Shown here piece by piece: positions 52,181 to 64,000 of a stretch of DNA of 64,000 bases. The stretch is from Carcharhinus longimanus. Lineage: Eukaryota. The notes under the pieces were generated by a model. That model did no database searches. It was not told the origin of the DNA and worked only from the letters and a program-made list of their open reading frames with translations. Each line of letters starts with the position of its first letter. The stretch's first letter is position 1. The stretch spans positions 70,169,400-70,233,399 of the forward strand of contig JASCQW010000061.1 of the NCBI GenBank assembly GCA_030264375.1, written 5' to 3'. The translations under genes and the position numbers were made by a program.

Positions 52181-55100
52181 GAGAGTTATAGAGGTTTACA
52201 GCATGGAAATAGGCCCTTCAGCCCAACTTGTCCATGCCACCCAGTTTTTACCACTGAGCTAGTCCCAATTGCCCGTATTTTGACCCATATCCCTCTGTAC
52301 TTATCTTATCCATGTAATTGTCTAAACACTTTAAGAAAATTGTACTTGCCTCTACTACTGCCTCTGGAAGCTTGATCCAGACACTCACCACCCTGTGTGT
52401 GAAAAAATTGCCTCTTTGGACCCTTTTGTATCTCTCACCTCTAACCTTAAACTTATGCCCTCTAGTTATTGACTATCCACCTTATCGATGCCCTCATTAT
52501 TTTATAGACCTCTATAAGATCACCCCTATGTCTCCTATGCTCCAGAGAAAAAAGTCCCAGTCTATCCAGCCTGTCCTTAGAACTCAGGCCATCAAGTCCT
52601 GGTAACATCCTAGTAAATCTTTTCTGCACTCTTTCTCGTTTAATAATATCCTTTCTATAAAAGAACTGTACACAATGTTCCAAGTATGGCTTTAATCATG
52701 TCTCGTGCAACTTCAACGAGAGGTCGCAACTTTTGTATTCAGTGTTCTAACCAATTAAATCAAGCATGCTGAATGCCTTTCTCACGACCCCGTCCACATG
52801 TGATTCTACTTTCAAGTAGCTGTGAACCTGTACTCTTATATCTTTTTGTTCCAAAACTCTCCCCAACGCCTTACCATTAACTGAGTAAGTTCTGCCTCGA
52901 TTCAATCTACCAAAATGCATCACCTCGTATTTATCTAAATTTAACTCCATCTGCCATTCATCTTTCCACTGGCGCAATTGATTAAGATCCCACTGCAATC
53001 CTAGATAACCTTCTTTACTGTGAACAATGCCACCATTCTTGGTGTCATCCGCAAATTTATTAAACATGCCTCCTAAATTCTTATCCAAAACGTTAATATA
53101 AATAACAATTAACAGCAGACTCAGCACTGATCCCTGAGACACATTGCTGGTCAGAGGCCTCCAGTTTGAAAAACAACCCTCTACATCCATCCTCTGTCTT
53201 CTATCATCAAGCCAATTCTGTATCCAATTGGCTACCTCACCCTGGATCCTGTGAGATTTAACCTTATACGACAAGCTAACATATGGTACTTTGTCAAAGG
53301 GCTTGCTAAAGTCTATGTAGACAACTTCAACTGCACTGCTCTCATCTACCTTCTTGATTACCCCTTCAAAAATTCAATCAAATTTGTGAGACATGATCTT
53401 CCACTCACAAAGTCATGCAGACTGTCCCTAATCAGTCTTTGCCTCTCCAAATGCCTGTAAATCCTGTCTCTCTGAATACCTCCTAACAACTTACCCACTA
53501 GAGATGTTAGGTTCACTGGTCTGTAGTACCCAGGTTTTTCCCTGCAGCCCTTCTTAAACAAAGCCACAATATTTGTTATCCTCAATCTTCACGCACCATG
53601 CTCTGGCTGTCGATAATTCAAATATCTCTGTTTGGGGACTCACAATTTCCCCCATAGCCTCCCAAACCATTCTGAGATACGTTTCATCAGGTCCCAGGGA
53701 TTTATCCACCTTGATGCACTTTAAGACTCTCAGCACCTCCTTCTCTGTAATATGTACACTCCTCAAGACACCACTATTTATTTCCACAAGTTCCCTAACA
53801 CCCATACCTTTCTCAACAGTAGCTATCGATGGGAAATATTCATTTAGGATCTCACCCACATCTTGTGGATCCGCACATAGATGACCTGTTGATCCTTAAG
53901 AGGCCCTACTCTCCCGCTTGTTACACTTTTGCCCTTATGTATTTAAGAACATAAGAACATAAGAAATAGGAGCATGAGTAGGCCATCTAGGCCTTCGAGC
54001 CTGCCCCGCCATTCAATAAGATCATGGCTGATCTGTCGTGGCTCAGTTCCACATTCCCGCCCTCNNNNNNNNNNNNNNNNNNNNNNNNNNNNNNNNNNNN
54101 NNNNNNNNNNNNNNNNNNNNNNNNNNNNNNNNNNNNNNNNNNNNNNNNNNNNNNNNNNNNNNNNTTGACGTGATCGGCGCAACTCGTGGGCCGAAGGGCC
54201 TGTTTGTGCTGTAGTGTTCTATGTTCTATGTTCTATGATATCATGTGCTTCCTTCTTATTTTGGGGCAGAGCCCCAATATCCCAAATCCTCCACGGTTCC
54301 CTCCTTCTACTGGCCCTTTTTGATTTTTGTCCTTGGTTTCTCTGCCTTCTACCTTTCCCCTTACTGCCTTTTGTTTCTGTCTCCACTTTACTTCCCTCTG
54401 ACTTCTTGCATCAGTTCCCATACCCCTGCCACATTAATTTAAACCCTCTCCAACAGCACTAGCAAGTGCTCCCCCTAGGGCATTTCTTCCAGTCCTGCCC
54501 AGGTGAAGACCATCCAATTTTTACTGGTTTCACTTCCCCCAGAACAGGCTCCAATGTCTCAGGAAATTGTATCCCTCCCTCTTGTACCATCTCTCACACC
54601 ATGTATTCATCTTAGCCAGCCTGACATTCCTACTCTGACTAGCATGTGGCACTGATAGCAATCCTGAAATTACTACCTTTGAAGTCCTACTTTTTAGTTT
54701 AATTAACCCCTAGCTCCCTAAATTCGGCTTGTAGGATCTCATCCCATTTTTTACCTATGTCGTTGATGTCTATATGCACCACAACAGCTGCTCTTCATCC
54801 TCTCCCTCCCGAATGTCCTGCAGCTGCTCTGAGACATCTTTGACCCTTGCATCAGGGAGGCAACATACCATCCTGGTGTCTCATTTTTGTCCGCAGAAAC
54901 ACCTATCTATTCCCTTTACAATTGAGTCTCCTATCACTGCCACTCTTTTTTCTGCCCTTCTGCACAGCAGAGCCAGCCATGGTGCCATGAACCAGGCTGC
55001 TGCCACCTTCCTCTGGTGAGTCATCTCCCCCAACAATATCCAAAACGGTATATCTGTTTTGAGAGAGATGACTAAGAGGGACCCCTCTGTTGTCTTCCTA

Positions 55101-55560
55101 CTCTTCCTCTCTCTGGTGGTCACCCTGTCTCCCTCAGTAATTTTTACCTGTGTATGACCAACTCACTGAACGTGCTATCCATGTCTTCCTCAACAACATG
55201 AAAGCTCCAAAGTGAATCCATCCGAAGGTTCAGAGCCGCGAAGCAGTCTAACAGGAGCTGCAGTTGGACACACTTCTTGCACTTGAAAGAGCTAGAAACA
55301 GCGGAAGAATCCCTGAATTCCCACATTGCACAAGAGAAGCATGACATGGGCTGGAATCTCCTGCCATGAGTCTCCAACTACAATGCCAAGACCAAAAAAG
55401 GGAAAAAGGAAAAACTACTTACCAATCACCAGCCAATGACTTACCTCCCGCTGGCTGTGATGGCATAGCTCAATTTTTTTCTACCTCTTACTTGCCCTCA
55501 AGTCTCCCTCGCAGATCCGCCTCTCTGCTCCTTCCAAAAATGAGCACCTCTTTCCCCTCA
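52181..55560 (-). mobile_element. Near full-length CR1 LINE (ORF1 with zinc finger and esterase; ORF2 RT), disrupted
   Basis: ORF1 CFSCAMWE..CKKCVQLQLL and VIGDSIVKGIDR (GDS esterase). ORF2 PGYYRPVNLTS, QGSVL, KFADDTK, QKDIRVQVH, ERVQKRFTRMLPG. Frameshifts and stops present. Confidence 0.92.
53945..54238. mobile_element. Two young CR1 3' tails facing outward around N-gap 54065-54164
   Basis: aagaacataagaacataagaaatagg (minus) and gttctatgttctatgttctatg (plus). Confidence 0.75.
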
Positions 55561-57147
55561 GCGCCAAATTTCCAATCAGCTCCAAACTCCTGATACCCTC
55601 ACTCTGGTTGAATCTCACTAAGGCTGCAGTCTCTCTCCCACTGGCTTGTACAAGCTCACTGGTCAGTTTTGTTGTCAACGGCACTTTATTTCCATATTTG
55701 AAGAAATGAATTCAAACTGCTACAATGGGATTTGAACTCACATTCTCTAGCCTATTGGTCACATAACATAACCACGACCCTACTATACATGGTATCTATA
55801 TGTCATGTCTGATCTTTTTAAATAGCAATGCTGAGGCTGCCGGATAGTCAGCACATGGGCAATGACATATTGAGGTGATTAAAAATTGGATTCCTGTCAG
55901 TGGAATAGAAACCTAATTAACCTGCTTATTCCCCATTTTGGGCGTTCCCAGCATGTTTCCTCCATCAATGTGGCGATGTCCCTGTTAATAACACATGCAT
56001 GCATCCTGCTGAAATATTGCGAAATCAGTCTGTTTGGTTAGGGCCAAAGCTCAAAGTGATTGCACTATTTATTGGCCAGAAATTGGCAATGTAAGGATTG
56101 ATAGAGAGTGGGACTGAACATTAACAGAACATAAATAAGGGTTTCTAATAGCAGTGGAAACTGTGCAGACATGATAGGCCAAATAGTCTCCTTCTGCACC
56201 TTAACAGATCTCTGATTTTGTAAAATAAGGATCAAGGTGGACAATGTAGATATGGAAATAGATGGTTTTGTATCTGAATATTTTAGGGTTTATAAGCTGA
56301 ATCCAACAAGACACCAAAATTGTGCAAAGTCAGTTTAAAACTAATCCGCAACAACTTGAGGAGTGGGATGGAATTGAGAGCTCTACCACCTAGTTGGCAT
56401 TTATCTACCTTATCCTGTGCAATAGACACAGAGGAGTTGCACATAAATGGACTGGAAGTCGCTGCAGTTCATGATGCTTCATATGTGTGCAATGAATGAC
56501 ATACCAGATTTTGTCAAATCCAACAATCTGGATGGCCAGAGCTGTTATGCTATTTCCAGTCACATGTTTTAAACCAGATAAATGCACATTGGGACTGTGA
56601 CTGTAATCCCCATGACAGTCAGAAGGTGGAGGCAAAGACAAAACATTTCAAAGCTAGAACGATCCAGCAACAAACAGTGCCATTGCTTTAGAAGTTTACA
56701 AGTCACTGCTTTGAATGTCATGGAACTCCAGTACTGACTCCCTAATGCAGGGTAGCCTCCTCATGAATTGCTTTTTTATNNNNNNNNNNNNNNNNNNNNN
56801 NNNNNNNNNNNNNNNNNNNNNNNNNNNNNNNNNNNNNNNNNNNNNNNNNNNNNNNNNNNNNNNNNNNNNNNNNNNNNNNTGCAGGGTAGCCTCCTCATGC
56901 ATTGCTTTTTGATGTCCACAAATGTTCTTCTTTACTCATATATACAGTCGTTCATTTTAGAGAAAAGGACATGTGACAGCAGAACTTCTATTAATTTATA
57001 GATCCTTGCATCTTAATTAAGGGACTTCCATTGCAGCTTCTCTATTCCAAGGTGATAGAAGCAGTGTCACCCAAAATAGTCCCAACAAACCTCTTTCATA
57101 TACATGGTGCAGAAAATTGCAATGTGTTCACATGAACCAAAACCACC

Positions 57148-57351
57148 ATTTAACGAGAGCTTGAATCTAAAACTTACTTGGTGTCCAAATAAAAGGCAGT
57201 GTAGTTGTGAGTTCAGTCTTGGGTCTGTTCACAGTAATTGAAACAAGCTATTTAATGAGAGCTTGTATCTAAAAATTATTTGGTGTCCAAATGAAAGGCA
57301 ATGTAGTTGTGAGTTCAGTCTTGGGTCTGTTCATAATAATTGAAATGAGCT
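57148..57351 (+). repeat. 102-bp tandem duplication, 2 diverged copies
   Basis: gagagcttg at 57155 and 57257; shared tgtagttgtgagttcagtcttgggtctgttca. Confidence 0.9.
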
Positions 57352-59474
57352 ACTTGTGCTTTTTGTTCTCAGAAGCAACCCACTCATTTCCATCCATCCA
57401 ATTTAGGATGTTTACCTCATCAGCAGTTGCTCCAGATAAGACCCGGTGGGGCGAGGAGAACACGTTAAGGGTGATTAGAGCTGGCAGTTGTTTTCAGGTG
57501 CCCATAGAGCCAGAAGGAGCAACGCAGCTCCTCTTGGCTCCTGAAGAAGGTTATTATTTAATTGATCTTTTGTTGGCTGGCTGCTTGTTTGTTTGCATCC
57601 ACAAAACCTGAGCTGAACAGGCTGGTGTCTGAAATGCTCAGCACTGTCTGTTTTCACGAAAGATTCGAACAAAGACATTATGCTTCGTTTCAACACAAGC
57701 AAAGGTGTAACACCTGTTTTAAGAGGCTGTCAGAAATAGGGACTGTGATAATAACAGAGTAATATTTGGCCACTGTGATAAACATTTAATCCAGTTCATT
57801 ACAAGTTAGCTGAATTGGAATAATGTAATAATGTTAAACAGTGAAGTCTCCACAAGATTACACTATACTGTTATATTCTTGGCTGTATTCCTCTGATATC
57901 ACTGCCAGCTGTTGCAGCAATATCCTCACAATCCATTTTTTAAAACATTTTTTGCTTAATCTCATGAACTTTGTAACTAAAGGAAAATATTATGACAAAT
58001 ATTCTGTGGTACTTGACTAAGGTCCCAACAGCAGCGGGTATTTAAAGGAGAAAATGGGTTTCAGTGAAAATGGGAAAGGCTTTAACTTTTGAACTGCCAG
58101 GACACCAACATTCTGAGCCATATATTGTCTCTCATAAACTGAGAATGTGGTCTATAAATTGTCTTAGTATCCAATCACCTCCTGTGTTTTGTGTTGGTTC
58201 TGCAGTTCTGCAAGAATGAATGTGACATTTATACTGGAGCATTGCTTTTGGGGGATATTCACTCTGTGTGAGGTCAGAATGGAGGTGAATGTAGTTGACC
58301 ATGATTGTAAACTCTTTTCGACAGTTTGCCAGTGACACATTCCAGAATCAACATAGGATTTGGGTGGATCTGTGGTTTCTCAATATCATGACTTCTCTTT
58401 CAAAATTAGTGTGTTTTCCAGTGGTGGAGGTGATTACTCGAAAGACCCCCCCCGCCCCCCTCCAAGTGGTGGAGGTGATTCACCATTGGGATCTTCTGGT
58501 GCCAATTTCTACTGTGTTTGCATGGCCCGCTCATCCTGCCACCAGGGAACCTGTTTGGGTGGGGTGGGGTGGGGTGGGGTGGTGGGTCACCTTCAGCAGG
58601 ACTGGAAGGAAGATCCTATCATTGGAAAGATCCAGGAAATCAAAAGGCGCAGAACCAAAGTGGGAAAACCAAATAAAACACAAAGGCAGTACAACTCAAA
58701 ATCAGAATTATTGTTAGGAAAAAAAAGGGGTTCCACATGAGATTTGTTTCAACGCCCAAGCATATTTTATAAAGTGAATTTAAACTTCCAACTATATTTG
58801 ATTAATTTCAATTTATTTTCTTTTTATTCTTGCTTTGATCAACAAGGTGACAGGTACAAATAAAAATTAAAACAACAAACTTATATGGCGCCAGTCTGGT
58901 AATGAAAACAACTCAAAGGCCACAATCTAGCAGTCACATTCATCATAGATGCAAATCCCATTACGGCCACCAAATCTGAAGACAGCCAAAATGCGATTTG
59001 CGCCAGCGAGATCTTGGTTTGAGACCTTCCCTGCCCTCTGGCAGTGATGTAATTAGGATCATGCCCAACAAGGGCATGAACTTGATTTCCATGATTTTAC
59101 ATAAAATTTTAACATAATTAAAAGACTTTATGCCATAGTGTAATACAATGCAAGTTCCCCCTGTGGTGGCAGGATGTCACGCTGCTGTGACTCACTGCTA
59201 GTTTTCAAATGTGAAAACCAGTTGCGATGACTACGCCGGGGATGCGGAGGTGCCTGGAAGCCCTAGGGTTTGGGGATACTGGATACTGCCCTCTGGCAGG
59301 TGAGCTGTCAAGGGGGCATGTGAAGGATGTAGTGCCAATGGGGCTCTGGCACTGGAGGGGAATCCTAATCTGTTCTGCAGGTGGGGGCAGGTTCCCTTTA
59401 TGTGGTGGTGGTGGAATGGGGAGAGGGAAGAGCCCCTATGACTACAAGAGGGGAGGAGGGAAGAGCTCTGATCA

Positions 59475-60690
59475 TTGAAAGAGAAGAGAATCTCATTGAA
59501 ACATATAGAATACTTAATGGGCTTGACAGGGTAAATGTTGAGAGGATGTTTTCCCTCAAGAAGAATCTAGGACCAGAGGGCATAGTCTCAGAATAATGAG
59601 GTGCCAATTTAAGACTGAAATGAGGAGGAATTTCTCCTCTCAGAGTCTTTGGAACTCCTTCCCACAGGGAGTTGTGTGGGCAGAGTCCTTGTGTATATTT
59701 AAGGTTGAGATAGGTTTTTGATCAGGAAGGGAATCAAGAGTTATGGGGAAAGAGCACAGAAGCGGACATGATACCACTGAGAGGCAGAGCAGGCGCGATG
59801 GACTGAGCGGCCTACTCCTATTCCTGTTTCTTACGGTTTTATTAAAAACCAATACGTCAACAATTTCACCTGGCATTTATTTTAAGACCCTTGGATGAAG
59901 TCCATCAGGACCTGGGCACTTGTCAGCCCACAGCTCCAACATTTTATTCAGTACCATTTCTCTGGTGATTGTAGTTTTCCCCGAGTTCCTCCCTCCCTTC
60001 CTTTTGTGAAAGGGAATTGAAATATCTTCTTAATGGTGAGAATCTAGGAACAATGGAAGGGCAGGGGATTCAGGTGTCCATGTGCACAAATCACAAAGTC
60101 ATGGCAACACAAATATAATTAAAAATGTGAATGAAATGTTGGCCTTTATCGCGATGGGCCTGGAATAAAAAGTAACTAAGTTTCGCTTCAGTTGTACAGA
60201 GCCTTGATCAGATCCAATCTGAAATATTACATTCAATTTTGGACACCAAATCTCGGGAATGTTAAATTAGCCTCAAAGAGAAAAGAATCCAGATACACCA
60301 AGGTTTAAAAAGCTAAATTATGTTAATAGGTTGCATAAACATGATTTACATTACTTAATGTTCAGAAGGTCAAGGAGTAATCTAATCAAAATATTTAAAA
60401 TGATTAAGGAATTCATGCAAAATAAAATATTGCCTTTGGTATGGGAATCCAGAAGAAGACACAATCTCAAGATCGAGGCTATTTACAAATGAAATCAGGA
60501 AGTTGCTCTCCCAATCTATGGATTCTGAATCAATTAAAGTGTTACAAGTCTGAAATGGGTTGGTATTGGTTGGGTAAGGTATCAAAGGATGTGGATCAAA
60601 AGGCAGGTAAATGGAGTTTAGATACTATACAGATCAACCATTGAATTGAATTACTGTATAGGCTACATGGCCATCTGCTTCTATGTTCCT
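59475..60690. mobile_element. CR1 fragments: 59475-59835 (+), about 59850-60000 (-), 60000-60690 (+)
   Basis: NLIETYRILNGLDRVNVERMF; inverted KCPGPDGLHPRVLK segment; second 3' region with DLGV-like and LIKIFKMIK motifs. Confidence 0.75.
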
Positions 60691-61160
60691 AAGCTAGACA
60701 ACATTACAAAATTTATGGTAGAATAGTGTGAGCGTTATTTTGTGTAACAGATGGGACAAGATAAGTCACATTAAAACAACTCCACAAAACACATAAATTT
60801 AGTTAAACAATCTTTAATTGCATCTATTTCCTCATTTAAAGATAACTATGGTCAGAATGTTGTTACCCCGCCTGCCATGGGAATTGGAGCGAGTGAGGGA
60901 TGGATAATGGAAACTTACGTTGATCTTGGACGGAATTCTATGGTTATGGTATGAGCAAGGCCATAAAATCCCACCCTCTATGTTTTAACAACATATCTTA
61001 TGTTGGCCTCATCAAGATGTGATTGATAGATCCTTTATACTATCTGATTCCCTCAAACTTTCCTTTGGTTTAATAAATTAATAATATGCTGCAGTTCCAG
61101 AATTTTGCTCAATCAGTGCTGATATTCAGAATAATATATCAGTTTATATTGTTTTTTCAG

Positions 61161-61340
61161 GATTCCAAAGCCTCGTGCAGCAAACCTACAACCAACAAGA
61201 AGAACCCCCAAGGAAATTCACCCCCTCTTTCTGCTCCTTATATTTCTCCGAGACCCTCAGTTACGGCAGAATGAAAATCAGTATGAACCTGTAATGAAAG
61301 GGCAAATTACAGTTCAAATAAAGTACATGTGTATCGTAGC
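61161..61340 (+). CDS. Candidate terminal exon of the unidentified + strand transcript
   Basis: tgttttttcAG acceptor; phase-0 frame DSKASCSKP..PRPSVTAE* (stop 61272-61274); AATAAA at 61317-61322. Confidence 0.45.
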
Positions 61341-61876
61341 ACAGATAGAATTTATACTATTTGGACATTACCCCCAATAATAAGTTTAGCATATTGTCAA
61401 GTAATTCTATACTATCTTAATTGTTATTTCTGAATAATTGTGTTTACTTTGAAAGATATAATGCCAGAATCCAAACACACAATGCTTAATGCAGATTTGT
61501 AAAACACTGGCCAACATGACAACAGTTAAAGTAAGCACAGCCTAACATGCACACATTTGATGTTGAATATAGCAACATTTTTGCACTATTATACGTTAAA
61601 GGAATTTTCTTTCATTTTTACCCTGTTATATGGATACTAAGCAAGTCAATTTAAATTGAAATTTAGACAGAAACACTGCACTTTTGCTTTGCTCTTCAAA
61701 TGATTGTAGTATTATTTAAAAACCATCCGATAAAAAGCATCCATTTATGCTGAGATTCAGCGTGAAGAGTGTCTGAACTATGAATGTATTCTGTCTGATT
61801 AAACACATCAGTTTGAACACCAGATCCCAATCTCTCCACCCGCCTTCCTCCTGTTGCCTTTTGATTTTTGTCTCTC

Positions 61877-61991
61877 TTATTCACATTCTTCATGGTCTTG
61901 CTCTCCGGTCTCAAAATGAATTCCCATTTTTTGGCTGATGAGCATAAGGAGCTCATGTTGCTTCCGCATTGTTGCTGAAATGTCCTTCAAC
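61877..61991 (-). CDS. TRPA1: TRPA1-like channel, last coding exon: (R)LKDISATMRKQHELLMLISQKMGIHFETGEQDHEECE*
   Basis: Matches the TRPA1 C-terminal coiled coil (human, from memory: RLKDLTFLLEKQHELIKLIIQKMEIISETEDDD). Acceptor tttgcAG at 61993-61992; TAA at 61879-61877. Not captured in the ORF track. Confidence 0.88.
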
Positions 61992-62080
61992 CTGCAAATT
62001 TAGCAAGGTGAAATGAATCAGCATAGCAAAGTATGATTTCAATGAAACATCGTCTGAATTTATAATTGATGATTATGGAC

Positions 62081-62193
62081 CTGTGCTTCTGTTTCTCCAG
62101 TTGTACTTCAAATCTTTTGTGATCAGTTCCATTATTCTTCAACTCAATGGATGTGTCAGAGAGTTGCGGTCCTGAAAAACTCCTCAACAAAGT
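62081..62193 (-). CDS. TRPA1: TRPA1-like channel, penultimate coding exon: TLLRSFSGP..HKRFEVQLEKQKH(R)
   Basis: cttctctttgcAG acceptor; 113 nt; phase-2 GT donor and 89-nt intron splice in frame to give EKQKHRLKD (human LKQKYRLKD). Confidence 0.85.
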
Positions 62194-64000
62194 CTGCAAA
62201 GAGAAGTAGCTTTAACCAATATGTTCCCATTGCACTTTGTAATAACAGTTAGACCTTCAAGCTATAACTCAAGTTGCACTCCCACTTGGCTTGCAAGCTC
62301 CAAAATCTTCCATCCAGTTGAGCAGTACAACAGATTTTTAAATCCAGTCATGTTATTTGAGCGGAATTGTACATATTAGATGGGACAAATAAATTCAATG
62401 AAACTTGATTGTAATAAATAAGTGGACAAAAATTGTGCATAGAACCTGAAGTTTCATGCTAATGGAGGATGACTTTGTGCATAATTGTTAAGCAAGTGTG
62501 GGAATTGCATGTGGGAAGTGTGTAAAATTCTTTATTGGTACACAGTAATAGGAGGAGGATAGGCATGAATGCGGGCTCAAGGATTGGAACTGTTATATGA
62601 CCTGAATTGCCATTCCAGAATATTCTGTTCCATTTTACTCTCTGGTCTTACTCTAACAGGAAAAATATATACAAAAACTTCAATTTATATACCTTCCACA
62701 CAGAAAAACCCTCCAAAGTACTTCACATGAACATTACTGGACACAATTTAACACAAAGTAGGCCTGGTGATCAAAAACTTGATGTAGAGAGTAGGGTATT
62801 TTTGAAAAAGAAGTGGGGGAGAGGTTTAGAATGGAAATTCCAAAGTATAGATGTTGTGGCCATAGCTAATGAACCAAAATAAATTAGGTTGCACAACAAG
62901 CCAAATTTGAAGGACATAGAGTTCTTGTTGTGGGGTTCTCTGGAGGTTAGGTATCACCAAAACATCAAAGAAGCATGAAAGCTAGTGTCCCAGTTAAAGA
63001 TGCATCTTTATTAACCAACGATCAAGGGAAGAGATAACATTGGTTAGTCCAATGCCTCTCTAAAAGAGAGGGCTCTGGGCTTTCCAATATAACTCTGAGG
63101 TTACAATGCACAGATTGATCAATTATGTATTTTTCATAACTAATGAAAGGTAGGACAATTTGATATGATCAAATCATCTTCAATATAAATTAATCATTAA
63201 TAACACTTGTCACATACTTTAACCAATTGCATTCTATTCTCTGACATCATGGGATTTCATTAGTCTGCAGAATCCGATGCTTCCTCCCCCTATCGCTGAT
63301 GCTTCTTCCTTTGTTGTCTCATAACCCCTAATGCTTAGCTACAAAAGTCAAAGTTAAGGTTCCCGCCAACTCTTGCTTACATCGATGGCTGAACCAGACA
63401 GAAGTACATTCTTACTTTGAGAAGAGGGCTGTCTTATCTGAATAGTGTGAAAAATCCTATTCATAAGTAGCCCTGAGAATCTTACTGCTAGCAATTTTCA
63501 CTCATAAGAACGTGCATATTCTGAGGTTTCATGTTTCTAAAGAATGTGGTCCTGTCTGTTAAGGCTTCATTCCATTATCTTTTGCAGCAGTCTGCCCTTG
63601 GCTAAAGTGCACAATTATATTTTATAAAATACAGTTAATACATTTAAAATACCAAAATACATGTTTCAACTAGAACTACTTGTTCATATCTAATACTTAT
63701 TTATATTTCTTACTTGTGTTCATGTGGACAGTTCCTCTGTTAGACTGAGAGTGTGATCTGAGGTCATTTCACTTACTGCTAGTATTTTATTAGTGACTTA
63801 AATCCCTGTTTATTTAAAATTCCTCTAACCTACTCCAACAGTTCTCAACAGGTTTGTGGGCTGGCCAGGGTTACAGTGGTAAGGAGCGGTGAGGCCATGG
63901 AAGAATTTGAGCACAAGGATGTAAATTAACGTATTGCTGAGATTGTAAATAGTCTGGTTTATTTCAAACAAGTAGCTCGAGAATGAGATAGAATGAATGG

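Noticed and set aside
56745-56910. Direct repeat tgcagggtagcctcctcatg..ttgcttttt on both sides of a gap
   Set aside because: Same scaffolding artefact at the 100-N gap 56780-56879.
58556-58586. (GGGGT)n G-quadruplex-forming tract
   Set aside because: Lies within a common MITE; no evidence of function.
61696-61956. 86-aa minus ORF MSSLCSSAKKW..
   Set aside because: Alternative frame over the TRPA1 last exon and 3' UTR; the TRPA1-homologous frame is a different one.

Overview
Eukaryotic, repeat-rich, AT-rich genomic DNA, most likely from a cartilaginous fish (shark). The basis is abundant HE1-type V-SINEs, CR1/HER1, L2, RTE and Rex1 LINE fragments, Deu-domain SINE relics, Penelope-like repeats and Harbinger-like GC-rich MITEs. 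It is a draft assembly with 11 N-gaps. Nearly all ORFs in the track are transposon debris or chance frames. The only host gene I can identify is the last two coding exons of a TRPA1-like channel on the minus strand (62193-62081 and 61991-61877), whose C-terminus is divergent and short. An unidentified spliced + strand transcript (candidate exons at about 16.1, 23.6, 39.0, 47.0, 49.4, 49.7 and 61.2 kb) appears to end tail-to-tail with it. Other notable structures are minimal hammerhead-ribozyme cores in Penelope-like repeats, a 37-bp sequence copied from an RTE into a MITE 2.2 kb away, an 851-bp inverted-repeat element nested in a Gypsy relic, two 5'-inverted RTE LINEs, and one SINE head carrying three different tails. 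Repeat boundaries were read by eye and are approximate, and family names come from motif recognition rather than database searches.
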